DNA of 64,000 nucleotides from Octopus bimaculoides (lineage: Eukaryota), in NCBI RefSeq assembly GCF_001194135.2, contig NC_068982.1:89772800-89836799 (forward strand). The letters run 5' to 3'. Of the stretch, positions 26,301 to 38,748 are shown one piece after another. The notes below the pieces were generated by a model. It saw only the letters and a program-made list of their open reading frames with translations, made no database searches and was not told the origin of the DNA. The position numbers and the translations under genes were made by a program. The first letter of the stretch is position 1. Every line of letters starts with the position of its first letter.

Positions 26301-27896
26301 AAATATCGAAAAGTTGCTATTTCAAATCAGATGGCCTGACATACTAGTACATTCTAGTGAAACATGTGTAAAGACTATGTAATTTATGATGTTATGATAA
26401 AAATTTTAATCGAATTTCCAGATATATTCTGCTCTTGGATGTGTGTGTATGTGTACATACACACACACACACACATATATATATGTATATATATATATCT
26501 GCAAATGCATATCCATTCACACACAAATGGCACATGTGTACATATATGTAGATGTTGTAAATTAGTTGCATGTACCAACCATGAAGTGGTTGCTTGTTCT
26601 CACTGAACCAAATCTTCATACTAGCCTCAATTACAATTTGAAATATGTTCATTTATGCTATTAATATTATCATTTTCATTGAATCAACTGAACTTGATAT
26701 GTATAAGGAATAAATCAATATCAGGACTATATCACAATATCATTTAATTTACACCGAAAAAAAGTAAACCCAGTGAATGTTAAAACTATTAATCAATATA
26801 AGATGCAAGTGTGGTGCCAAAATCTTTTGTGACAAAAGCCAATAATTATATAATTATTGGTTTTTGTCTTAATTGAATTAATAAATATATGTTTTCATTT
26901 TACCATTTCTTAATGAAAGGTTTTGAATTACAGAAAATAACTGAAATAAAATGTCTAAATGAAAATTTCTTTCTTTAAAAAGATAAGATTGTGGAATAGT
27001 TAAACAACAAGAAAACAGGTAGGCTTTGATATCCTTATAATTAGCTTGTTTGTACTTAACCGAAGTTCAACACTCAGGAAGCAGATCTATAATGAAAGTG
27101 TTCCTACCATGACAATCCAGTTTCAGTTTCAGACACTGTATCTGTGTCTTTCAGTGAAATCTAGAATGGAATACTCCAATAGTTACTGATCCACCCCTGC
27201 CTAAACCACAGCTTGAGTTGTAACCTCCATAGAATACTACTTCTACATCAGAGCCATTACTGTTATTGCACCGATAGATATTCTTAATCACATGTAGTTT
27301 TTCCAATACAAAAATATATATTCACTAATAACATAGGTACTGGTTTGCCTTTGTAGTTAAGAAGTTTGATACAAAGCCATATCATTTCAGGCTTAGTCAC
27401 ACTGCATGGTACCTCGGCCAAGTGTTTTCTACTATAACCCCAGACTGACCAATGCTGCATTTATCATATATACCTGTGTATGCATATACTTGTGTTTACC
27501 TATGTGTGTCTGTGTCCATGTGTGTGTTTGTGTGGTTATTTACATTTGCCCTTCTTTGAAAATGACTGAGGTACTTAGTGGTGTCTCATTTCCCTGTCCG
27601 CAAATCATCCTCTAGTTTACACTTTTGAAGATGTAGAACAATGCCTTAACATCCATCTGTAGAACAATGCCTTAACAATATATTCATCTAACCCATGTTA
27701 ACATAAAAAACTAATGTAAAAAAAGAAAAACTTCTATTACAAAGGAAATATCAAATATTCATAAATATTCATTGAAAGTAATGAAAAAAAATTATTGATA
27801 TGACATTTTTGAGTGATAAAATGAATCATTTAATCTTTTCTTGCTGACAACAAAATATATGATTTTGTTTTCAAGCAAAGCAATAAAAAGGCTTAC

Positions 27897-28182
27897 CAAA
27901 ATCTAAACTGTTTCTTCGTAAACCACTAGATGTAAGGAAACGGCCCTCAATATCCATGGCTTCCCAAAGAGCTGCAGCTACATACTTCAGATTTTCAACC
28001 GAAGGTGTTGTCAGTATCCATGGTTTAGCACCTCGAAACTCCAGTACTAGTCCACCATGGGCTCGATCTTCTCCAGTATACCACTCTTGCAAATCACCGA
28101 TGTATTCTGATTTTACTAATGCCTTACTCTTGTGGTCAAGTAAAATGATCTTTTCATGCGTTATACCCAGTAACCTGGATAC
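27897..28182 (-). CDS. Internal coding exon (phase 0 to phase 1) encoding a talin/kindlin-like FERM F3 (PTB-fold) subdomain
   Basis: Minus strand acceptor tttctcttctaatattttgacAG at 28183 and donor TTTG|GTAAGC at 27896. Stop-free 286 nt: VSRLLGITHEKIILLDHKSKALVKSEYIGDLQEWYTGEDRAHGGLVLEFRGAKPWILTTPSVENLKYVAAALWEAMDIEGRFLTSSGLRRNSLDF. It aligns by eye with talin F3 as I recall it (VPRLLGITKE..RVDEKTKE..W..FTLDF). Confidence 0.8.
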
Positions 28183-28258
28183 CTGTCAAAATATTAGAAG
28201 AGAAATGTGCATATGTTAAATACAGAGGAAGATTATGTGAAAGAATATGAAATCAACA

Positions 28259-28415
28259 GACAATAATTAGGGTTCAGAAAATCAAATGAGACAATAATTA
28301 GAGTTCAGAAAATCAAATGAGACAATAATTAGAGTTCAGAAAATCAAATGAGACAATAATTAGAGATCAGAAAATCAAATGAGACAATAATTAGAGTTCA
28401 GAAAATCAAATGAGA
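28259..28415. repeat. 31-bp minisatellite, 5 copies
   Basis: Unit GACAATAATTAGAGTTCAGAAAATCAAATGA repeated with single substitutions. Confidence 0.95.
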
Positions 28416-28649
28416 TCCTGTATTATCAAAAGTCTGTTTGAACAAAGTTCATAAGAAAGCAATGTTTTGCATTAATACCAGAAAATATATTAGGTACATC
28501 ATTCCTTCAAGGAAAAAGTTAATTGTATTCAGTGAAACAAAACAATTCAACACTTGTCTGGAAGGATCTGAAAATGTGGATATTGTCTCTTTTCTTCTAA
28601 CTATCCTATTAAAGAATGAAAAGCAAATCAATTATAGGTAATATCATAA

Positions 28650-29640
28650 AAGTGGAAGAAATTTGGTGAAAACAGTGCTGTGATATTTGAATACTTGACA
28701 TCAGCAAATTCCCCATGTCTAGCATCTGAGTCACTTGGTAAACCAGACCACCTATAGGTTCCAACCAGCTCTTGTTTCTGGAATCAGTTGCTTCCTGTCA
28801 GATGACACCATCACAATGTGCAGTGATGGAGGTCTCTATTGATTGTAATGCACCCCATGGTTTGGCTGTGACCCCCACAATCTTTTTTGTATACATCATC
28901 ATTCTACTTGATATCATCTCATCCTTCATTCCTCCTTAACTCTTTGTACCCACGCAGAAATCTAAAAGTACTTCCTTAGGTGGTTTATGTCAATCAGGTC
29001 ACCTCACAGTACAAAGACAATCACATGAAAACATTATCACACTCCCAGTTAGCATGAATGACACACAACTAAAACTCTCAAGTTGACTACAAATGCAAGG
29101 CCTCAACACCACTGAGTATTTCTACTACTGAATGCACATATTCAACATAGCAAACAATAGATCAAAAAGGCTGGTTCTCTTCTCCAGGGTCAGAAAATAT
29201 TTAATTCCCTCAAACTATTTCTTACAAAGTTTTGGTGAAACCCACGAGCATGTACATATAAGACTACCAAAACTACACATAAGACAACATTACTGCTACA
29301 GTCAGAGGCATCATTGACTGTTTTCAAAGAAAATAATCTTTTGCTTGATCTTATGAAATCACTCAGCAACACAATCTAACTTCTGGCACACAGTCATGCT
29401 ATTTCCTCTCTCCTCCTTAATTATTGCTACTATAGTGGCTTCTGTTCCTCAACTCTCGGACCACCTTCACTCAATCACTCCCATGTCACTTGTCTCTCTA
29501 TATTGTATCTGCTCCCTGACTGTGTACTAATAACTACTCCCATTTCTATCTCTTCATAAAGTCATCTTCCTGGAATTCTGTTCCTGCATATGTTTCTCTT
29601 GTCATTGTTTACCAGCAACTATTTAACAAGAACTTTAACC
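28650..29640 (+). mobile_element. Heavily decayed CR1-group (Crack/Daphne-like) LINE fragments
   Basis: HIFNIANNRSKRLVLFSRVRKYLIP resembles the post-RT HIxxIAxxASKRLxxLxRxR motif. An SDH-like endonuclease remnant lies near 28.75 kb. Confidence 0.4.
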
Positions 29641-29858
29641 ATTCTCAAGAGGCTTGCAGGGGCAATAATCACCACCCCTTACTTCACAGCAAACCAATAA
29701 AAGTATTTAAGTTTCAGATGTTGTGAATGTACTGTGCTAGTATTTTCTTTCTCTTCTGAAACTCTAACAACTAAAATTGTACTCACTTTTCTAATTGTGC
29801 ACATCAGTGTTTAGTTAACACTCCTTTGTGTATCATCAAATCAAACTTTCATCAAATC

Positions 29859-30244
29859 GTTGTTGTTGGCACTCTGTTGCTTACGACGTCTAGGGTTCCA
29901 GTTGATCCGATCAACGGAACAGCCTGCTTGTGAAATTAATGTGCAAGTGGCTGAGCACTCCACAGACACGTGTACCCTTAACGTAGTTCTCAGGGAGATT
30001 CAGCATGACACAGTGTGACAAGGCTGACCCTTTGAATTACAGGCACAACAGAAACAGGAAGTAAGAGTGAGAGAAAGTTGTGGTGAAAGAGTACAGCAGG
30101 GTTCACCACCATCCCCTGCTGGAGCCTCGTGGAGCTTTTAGGTGTTTTTGCTCAATAAACACTCACAACACCCGGTCTGGGAATCAAAACCATGATCCTA
30201 TGACTGCGAGTCCACTACCCTTACCACTGGGCCATTGTGCCTCC
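29859..30244 (-). mobile_element. tRNA-derived SINE family C, full length, with 12-bp target-site duplication and (AAC)n tail
   Basis: Minus head GGAGGCACAATGGCCCAGTGG (A box) and GGTTTTGATTCC (B box). TTTCATCAAATC at 29847-29858 and 30245-30256. Second copy at 52946-53233 (cut by a gap); related pieces at about 1965-2185, 21250-21620 and 35982-36340. Confidence 0.85.
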
Positions 30245-32116
30245 TTTCATCAAATCAAACCTTCATCAAATCAAACTTTCTGTGTCAAAAGTGCAAGGAC
30301 ATGTTAGATAATGCAGTTTTAATTATTTTATGTAATGTCAAAAAAATGATGGCTAGTAATAGCTAGAAAATCATTCATGTTAGGTTTGTTTGATCAGGTT
30401 TGATTCTGTGTCAAACAATAATAAACATTTACCAGTAAATAGATAGTTCTTATTTTGAATACAAATTTTGCCACTTGGAACGTCCATCTACTTTTAATAA
30501 AATATAATATACTCTTGAATATTGTTGCACTTTAAGAATGTCATTTTGCCAATAAACACATATTCTGATTTACTTCAGTTAAAGTTTTATTGTTTGGTAA
30601 TTTAACATAAATTTTCCTTCACACTATTGTAACATTTCCAATTATCTAAAATTTGGAATCCTTGAAAAGGTCATAGCAGTGTTATGAAAAACTTACTACA
30701 AATTAATTAAAAATTAAAATCAAAACTAGTGTACCATAGCATGTGTATGTGCTTCATGTCAGTATGTCCTCTGAAAGTACAACAATGTAAGTAATATCAG
30801 ATTCAAAAATGTGGTTTTACATTAAGATTCTTGCAATAAAATTCAAACTGAATCCATGAAAATGCAATGCAATAAGCTTTGAGGGATATAATGCAAATTT
30901 AATGATATAATAAGAAACAAATAAGAGAAGGAATATTTAACATCTATTTGTCATTGTGACATATTTTGACAAATCGATAAATCTTCTGTATGACCCTTTT
31001 ATTAATATTCTAAACAAAAGCATTTTCTAAAAATTTCATAAAATTAACATTCAATATTTTTCTTCGGGAAATATTCCTCAGTTTTTATTTGCAATAAATG
31101 TTGAGTTGTGGCCATTATGTCTATAGCTTTATGTATAACATATTCACAAACATTTTATATTTCAAAACTAAAAGTTTTGTTTTTTCAACCCTTTCAGAAT
31201 TATATTGCAATTTATTTTGGGTGCTCAACCCTTAGGATGGAAACTGCTGATGTATAAGCTCTAATATAAGGAGTTCAGTTTCTGAAATCAGACTACACTG
31301 TGTTTTCCTGATGGATTATGCTTTACCATAGTGAAGCTATCTAAATATAGACAACAGTTATATCCTATTTCAATGTAGCATGTACAATGATTGTAAAGCA
31401 ACTGTAATTTATTCTGAGGTAAGTTTTTATAAAACCACCTTGAGTTTGCTGGCATTAAAAAATTTCTAAAATATCTCTAGATATTCTGTGCTGTAATAGA
31501 TCTTAGTTACTGTAGCATCATTAATGAATTTCTTTTCAGAGGCATTTAAATTCTTAGTTACACCTTCTTCCCTTCTTCAGGAAAATTAAAAGTTTTGAAG
31601 ACAATTTTGGCAGAGGCTAATCATAGGATTATAAACTGGGTAATTTTCTGTCAAAGACTTTGGGCAATTTTGTGAAAATTTAATCACAGAACTACAAATC
31701 TNNNNNNNNNNAGAGGCTAATCATAGGATTATAAACTGGGTAATTTTCTGTCAAAGACTTAGGGCAATTTTGTGAAAATTTAATCACAGAACTACAAATC
31801 TAATTATATGTTAATCTACAGTCAGGGATTGATTTGAGTTTTACCTGAGTTGCATCTTAACTTAGAATATCCAGATAGGTTATAATTTGCTGTCAGAATT
31901 ATAGTAAATCATGTTCATGAAGTTGCAAACTAAACGGTCATGTTTACATTTGAATTTTTATAGCTCTGTAGATTCTACTGTAGTCTAACTAATGTACAGT
32001 TAAGTACACAAAAGCTGGAAGTTGAAGTAATAACACTAGACGGAGTGTATTTTCATGTACCATAGGACATATGATGGTGTGTGATGGGAAGTATGTCGAA
32101 GTGTTCAGGGGATATA

Positions 32117-33110
32117 CCAGGTTGAGTCAAAAGTGCTTTTTTTGTTTATCACTGATGGTTTTTGGAAACTTGTATCTCTATGTTATATCAGTAATTTGAT
32201 ACAGTTTGTTGTCCAATCATTGCCGAATTGTTTATTCTTTATTTTCATATATAACATATAAACATTAATTTTTTATTCTTTATTTTATAGCTCTGATAAT
32301 GACAGGTCAAAAAATTGCAGTTAGAGCCTCTTTACGCTATCTGCGAAAAATAGGACTGAGCAGCAAAAGAAATTAATGATATGGAAGGCCCAGGAAGTGT
32401 GAATGAACATGTGGCACAAAACTCGTTCAGTCATTTCTAGGAAGGTGACACCATCCTTGAAGACAAACCAAGGTCAGGATCACCTTTTGTTATAGAACAA
32501 CAATCAAGCATAAACATTCATACATTGCTGGCAACATGGTCCTTCATAAGGCACCATCACTCCACACCTCCATAAGATTGACCTTTTGAACAGACACTAT
32601 TAAGAAGTTCTTCGTAAACTGACCAATTTGCAAACAACTGCTGGCGAATCCTCTAGATGCCTGTTTCTAGGGATGAAAAATGGACCTATTTTCGTAATTC
32701 TTATAAGAGAAACCAGTAGCATTGTTCTGGATAGGCCTCAGAATCTGTTGTCAAACAATGGTGGTTTGAACAGGTGGTCATGTTGTGTGTTTGATGAAAT
32801 CTCAAAGAGATGTTGCACTTTGAGCTTGTCCCAGATAGTCTTGCTGTAAATGTGAACCTTTATGCTCAACAACTACAGTAAGTACATGACACTTTGAAAG
32901 CCCACTACCCACATCAGTCAAAGACACATACTCCAACGGCATGACTATGCCCCAACATACATTGCCAATGTGACCAAGTGAAAATCTGAGGAACTTGAAG
33001 GGGCTGGAAGTGCTGCCTCACCCTACCTACAGTCCAGATCATATTACTACCCTTCCCATGTCATGGCTCATTTCTTGCTCAAATGAAGATTCAACAATAT
33101 GGATGAGGTT
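32117..33110 (+). mobile_element. Mariner (DD34D-type) transposon relic
   Basis: TA-flanked left end taCCAGGTTGAGTCAAAAG. Frameshifted transposase motifs MTGQKIAVRA, GDTILEDKPRSG, KWTYFRN, LHFELVP, NLYAQQL, HD(Y)AP and LEVLPHPTYSPD. Right TIR not found. Confidence 0.85.
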
Positions 33111-33340
33111 AGTGTATAATGGAATATATGTTAATAGGCATGGGATGTCTGTTGGTGTGACATGGAATGTATGTTGGTGGGATGTATGTTAGTGTGATGT
33201 CAGATATATGTTTATGTGTCATGGTGCATATGTTGGTATAACATGGGATATATCATGGTATGCTGAGGGGTTGTTTATTGATGTGATTGGGTGTACCTTG
33301 GTGTGTCATGGGATATATGTGCTAATGTGTCATGAGAAGT
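33110..33340. repeat. Degenerate GT-rich minisatellite (units like gtgtcatgggatatatgttggt)
   Basis: Recurring catggg/gtatgttggt motifs. Similar sequence at about 32070-32115 lies on the other side of the mariner. Confidence 0.5.
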
Positions 33341-33852
33341 GTATCTCTGTGTGTAGCAGCAGCACCATCCCAGACCTGGGAGCAATACTCCATTATGAGT
33401 TTTATAGGTTAATAGTTTGGGGCTGAAGTAGTTGTTCTCGGAAGAGGAAATCTGTCACTGAGATACAGTTCTTTTGTGATAAAATGATGATGTTGGGACA
33501 GCCACATTTGTGCTCATATATATATTTTTGCAGTCATATATGTTACAATTTTTGATTTCCATGCATGCTAAGTGTTTTTACCATAGTTTCAAGTCAACTC
33601 AATTCTATAAATGAAATTGGGAAGACACAAACTACATGGAAATTTGAAAGAGCAGTAACTGTAATTCATATTTGGCCATATTTGGCACACATTTTGCCAT
33701 CTTGATTCTAAACAAGACTTTTATGTAAAGTTCAGAGTCTATGGAAAACTCAGCTACATTACACTTATTTATTAAGTAAGTTGTTTATTTATTCAAACAA
33801 CTGAAATACTGTACTGATAAGCTGCCAAAACCAATGAAGGACACATTTCCTA

Positions 33853-33921
<69 letters not shown>

Positions 33922-34635
33922 GTTAACTCTTTTATAGTTTTACAAGTTTCAGCTTGAGAGTTGCTGCCATGCTGGATCACTACCACTACTGGGATACAGT
34001 AGTTGTGGGGTACCACTGCTATATAGGATTCATAAAGAATCAAGGCATACCAATTGGCTTAGTGATCAATGAATAGCTTCACAAGTTTTCATTTAATTCT
34101 GTTTTAAATAATGCCTGATGAGCATGGAAAATTGCATAATGTTGTACACATTTCATGACATCCTGTGCCCACATATGCATATAAATATATACGTATAGAT
34201 GTAAGTATGTACATATACCTATGTATATATGCATATATATATATATATATATATATGCGAGTAAAAATAAATACAAAAAAGGTGGTTTGTTTGTATGATT
34301 GTGTATAGAGGAATATATTATTTTGTTTAAAAGAGTTCCAACACTGTCTGTTTTTTATGTTTTATTTATATTCCTGCAGAACTAATGTGGGGTATAGAAT
34401 ATGGAATATACAATATATAATATAATATACAATATACAATATAAAATAAAATAAAATAAAAATGGATGGCACCATGAAAGAAAGTATTGAATGTAGATGA
34501 AATATTGAGTGTTCAATATAAAGGATCAAATATATAAATGTATATATATAAAAATATATATAAATATATAAAGGCGACTCGAGTTTCAGGGCTATTTCCC
34601 TTCGTCATGGCCGGTATGACAGACTTTAACAGACT

Positions 34636-34675
34636 GAGTGGATTTAATAGACAAAAACTGATTGCATGTAGCTGG

Positions 34676-34765
<90 letters not shown>

Positions 34766-34803
34766 AGCTACATGCAATCAGATTTTGTCTATTAAATCCA
34801 CTC
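34636..34803. repeat. Palindrome with ~40-bp unique arms around a (TA)n core
   Basis: gagtggatttaatagacaaaaactgattgcatgtagctgga (TA)n tccagctacatgcaatcagattttgtctattaaatccactc. Confidence 0.9.
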
Positions 34804-35419
34804 ATAAGGCTTTGGTTTTTTGAGGCTCCAGTAGAAGACATTTGCCCAAGGTACCACACAGTGGCACTGAACTGCACAGTTGGGAAGCAAATTTCTAACA
34901 AAACAGTCGAGACTGCACCTATACACACACACATATACTTGCATAAACACACATACACAAATATATACATATACTATATATATATGTATATACAAATCTC
35001 TCTCTCTCTTTCTCTCTTTCTCTCTCTCTCTCTCTNNNNNNNNNNNNNNNNNNNNNNNNNNNNNNNNNNNNNNNNNNNNNNNNNNNNNNNNNNNNNNNNN
35101 NNNNNNNNNNNNNNNNNNNNNNNNNNNNNNNNNNNNNNNNNNNNNNNNNNNNNNNNNNNNNNNNNNNNNNNNNNNNNNNNNNNNNNNNNNNNNNNNNNNN
35201 NNNNNNNNNNNNNNNNNNNNNNNNNNNNNNNNNNNNNNNNNNNNNNNNNNNNNNNNNNNNNNNNNNNNNNNNNNNNNNNNNNNNNNNNNNNNNNNNNNNN
35301 NNNNNNNNNNNNNNNNNNNNNNNNNNNNNNNNNNNNNNNNNNNNNNNNNNNNNNNNNNNNNNNNNNNNNNNNNNNNNNNNNNNNNNNNNNNNNNNNNNNN
35401 NNNNNNNNNNNNNNNNNNN

Positions 35420-35476
<57 letters not shown>

Positions 35477-38206
35477 TCATGTATGTGCTTCTTTACATGA
35501 ATATATATATATACATATATACACACATATATATGAAACACATATTCATTCATCAAGTAAATAGTTTAGTATATACAATCATACACTCATGCACATATAT
35601 ACTTCTCTCGTCATTATATTGACTATTATAAGGAACTATCCATTATTGATAATGCCACTATTGTAAAGAACACATGATTCTGGAGAAGAAATATTTATGA
35701 CTCTTCACATTTGGAAAAAATAACAAAGATTTAAGAAAATGGACATCGTTCTCTTCTGCTACATCAGCATCATTGTCATAGTCATCATTATCATCATCAA
35801 CATCATCATCATCATCATCGTTACAATTGTCATCATTTTTAATATTGGCATCTAATTCATCACTAATATGATGATAACGAGAGTGATGATAAATATAGGG
35901 AGTATGACAATCATCATCAGTTCCATTGTCATTTTCATTCCTATCATCATCATCACCACTACCTTTAGAACTCAACTCCATCAGTCACGAATGACCATGG
36001 GTGCACCTATGAGGTTTCCCTCCAGGTTATAAGTCTCTGATTGGAAAGTTGCCTTGCTGGTGAATGTACAACCTAAGGTTGTTTTTATGGAAGACCAGAA
36101 ATTTCCCATGCATATCAGCCTCCTCTCCCCACGCCATTGATGTTATCCAAGGGAAAGACAAAGGCCGATACAGCTTGGCACCAGTGACATCGCAACTCAT
36201 TTCTACAGCTGAGTGAACTGGAGTAATGTGAAATAAAGTGTCTTGCTCAAGAACACAACATGCAGCTCGATCTGGGAATCGAACTCACAACCTCGCAATC
36301 ATAAGCTCAACGCTCTAACCACTGAGCCATGTTCCTTCACATCACACCACCACCACCACCACCACCACAATCAAACACCAATGTACCTATAGTGGTGTTT
36401 AATGGGGCAACAAGTGAAGTCTGCAACCTAGAAATAATACTGGTCCCTACTGAGTCCTGCATACAGTTTCTAAGTACCAAATTTCAGTGACCAGGAGTGG
36501 TCAACTGAGGTTATAGTGAAGGACACTTACTTAAGATACCGTACAGTGAATTGAACCTGAAGCTACATATTTACAAAACAAACTTGTTTACCACAGAATC
36601 ATACATGTATTCTTGTTGTTCAGCCCTGGTCAGCCCTGACTGAGCAGATTTGAGGTCAAAGGCATTCTGGTTGTGGCCACCTCATCTTTTCTTCAGACAA
36701 TCTATCTAGGAATACCTTATTGATTGCAAAATATCTTTTCTGTATCAGAACTGAGCTCGGATTGAACAACATCATTAACGATTGCTATCAGAATCTTAAT
36801 CATTTCCTACTTCATTATCATAATAGTCATCATCCTCAACAACCATCATCTTCACTGTTAACATTTTCATTGAAATTTAATGATTCTTTATCATTATTAT
36901 AATTAACATGATCATCACTGGAGTAATTATTTATGCATTCTGTTATTTATATGTCTGGCATTTACATATTATGCATTTCATGTCTGGCATTTACATGTTA
37001 TGCATCTGTGCAAATAGTTTAATAGGCCAACTTCCCTTCTCCTATACTTGCTCCTCACTCATTCTCTCTCCATTGGTTACTCTTGTTTCCACTTTTACTC
37101 AGTGCTAAAATAAGCAGCTAAATTCCATCAAACACAGGAGTGGTGCACAACTGTCCATAAACAGACACTAAGAAAAATCTTTCCTGACTTTGAAATAAAA
37201 TCACACTCCTTAGTTATTCCGAATTGTGTGCTTGTGTGCAACTGTCTGGGAATATGTCATTATGAATTAAAATTTATCTGTTCATGTTGAGGGATTATCA
37301 AAAGATAATCCGTCAACATATCATTCATAGGCTTAACTTGAGCACATATGGCAAGAAGGTATATAAGTACTACAAGAATTATATAAATCCAATAAGTAGA
37401 ATATCAATATTAATATCCTGCAGCTGTCTAGGACAATGTTATACATGTATACATTATACATGCATAAGTGAATAAACATATACATGTGTATTTGTATGTG
37501 TGTGGATATATGAAGATATGTACATGCATATATAAATAGGTGTGTACATATGTATATGAATGCACACATATATGCATATGTAAGTGAGTGGGTGAATGCA
37601 TCTAAGGCTTCAAGAGCCACTATGATGCTGTAGAGTTAATGCATAATTCTTATATTAAATTAATATATAAAAGATATTTTCATTAAATGCATAAAAATAC
37701 ACATATGTATAATTTCATAAATATAATATTAACTAATTCATTCAATAATGTTTTATGTCGTTTTTCTCAGAAGCATGTTGTAAAATCTGCATTATTGGAT
37801 GCTTTACTGCCGGACATCTTGATAAATTAACACAAACTGGCAAGAAACCAAGTGTTGTGTTAATTGCAGAGATGCTGCATGGGAATCATCTCCAACGAAT
37901 CTGTCCTTCATTTGATGGTTGTGTAGATTAATCTATATATTCATACATAATATATGAAGATGATCAGATAAGGACAGTTCAATACATGCTACAAATGTTT
38001 CAGTAGCATGGCAATATATTTGCAATGAATGTATTATATAATAATTAATATATATATATTGAAATTGTCATCAATTTTTGGATCATCAGAAGATAAAAAA
38101 ATCAACTGCCCCATTACTATGTTTTCATTGGAGATTCTACTGTTCAGAAACCAGTGGTATAGCTGGACAGTAGACACACCCACACATGCATGCACGCAGA
38201 CACACA

Positions 38207-38244
<38 letters not shown>

Positions 38245-38341
38245 CCCAAGCACACATAGTCATAAAAATAGGACCTATCATATATATACATATGTATATA
38301 AACACCTATAAATACATATGTATATGATCACCTATATATAC

Positions 38342-38534
38342 ATATGGAGGCAATTATGTGAAGAAACAAATTAAATATAACAATTTGGGTTTGATATACA
38401 AAATATATGTGTATACAAAAAGAAAGCAAAGACTGACGATTTTCAAACTATGAATACATGTAATTTGCATATTTTGTATATCAAGCCCAAATTGTTATAT
38501 TTAATTTTGTTTATTTGCATAATTGCCTCCATAT
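38342..38534. repeat. Inverted repeat (~65-bp arms, ~62-nt spacer), MITE-like
   Basis: ATATGGAGGCAATTATG..TTGATATACAAAATAT (38342-38406) is the reverse complement of 38469-38534 with a few mismatches. Confidence 0.9.
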
Positions 38535-38700
38535 CTTCTCGCCTGGATTCCTCTTATAATCACTCTTTACTCTGTGGAATTCGTCCTTTGTAAAGACACT
38601 GGAGCCTAAGTTTGAATCATTTGAGTGCTAAGTGTTTTCTATATTGAGAATCTCTGGATCTCATCTCGGTATTATATACATATGTGTAGGTGTGTGCGTT

Positions 38701-38748
<48 letters not shown>

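Larger units (their letters stand above)
18916..27896 (-). other. Inferred ~9.0 kb GT-AG intron joining the two exons (reads ...SLDF-D-YSRR...)
   Basis: The upstream exon ends with 1 spare nt (G) and the downstream exon starts with 2 (AT), giving in-frame GAT. I found no other convincing exon between them. Confidence 0.6.

Noticed and set aside
28259-28415. CRISPR-like appearance of 31-bp repeats
   Set aside because: The units are contiguous with no spacers, there are no cas genes, and the context is eukaryotic.
31612-31801. Apparent 90-bp direct repeat either side of a 10-N gap
   Set aside because: The copies are identical but for one base and abut the gap, the usual sign of unmerged overlapping contig ends or two haplotypes. 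The same pattern appears at 38743-38768.
35658-35981. Acidic Asp-rich 107-aa minus-strand ORF
   Set aside because: It is a translation of decayed (CAT/GAT)n microsatellite, with no convincing splice context or domain motif.
37760-37935. Short open frames on both strands that might be an upstream FERM exon
   Set aside because: Weak donors, incompatible phase and no F2-lobe motif such as YGxxFF.
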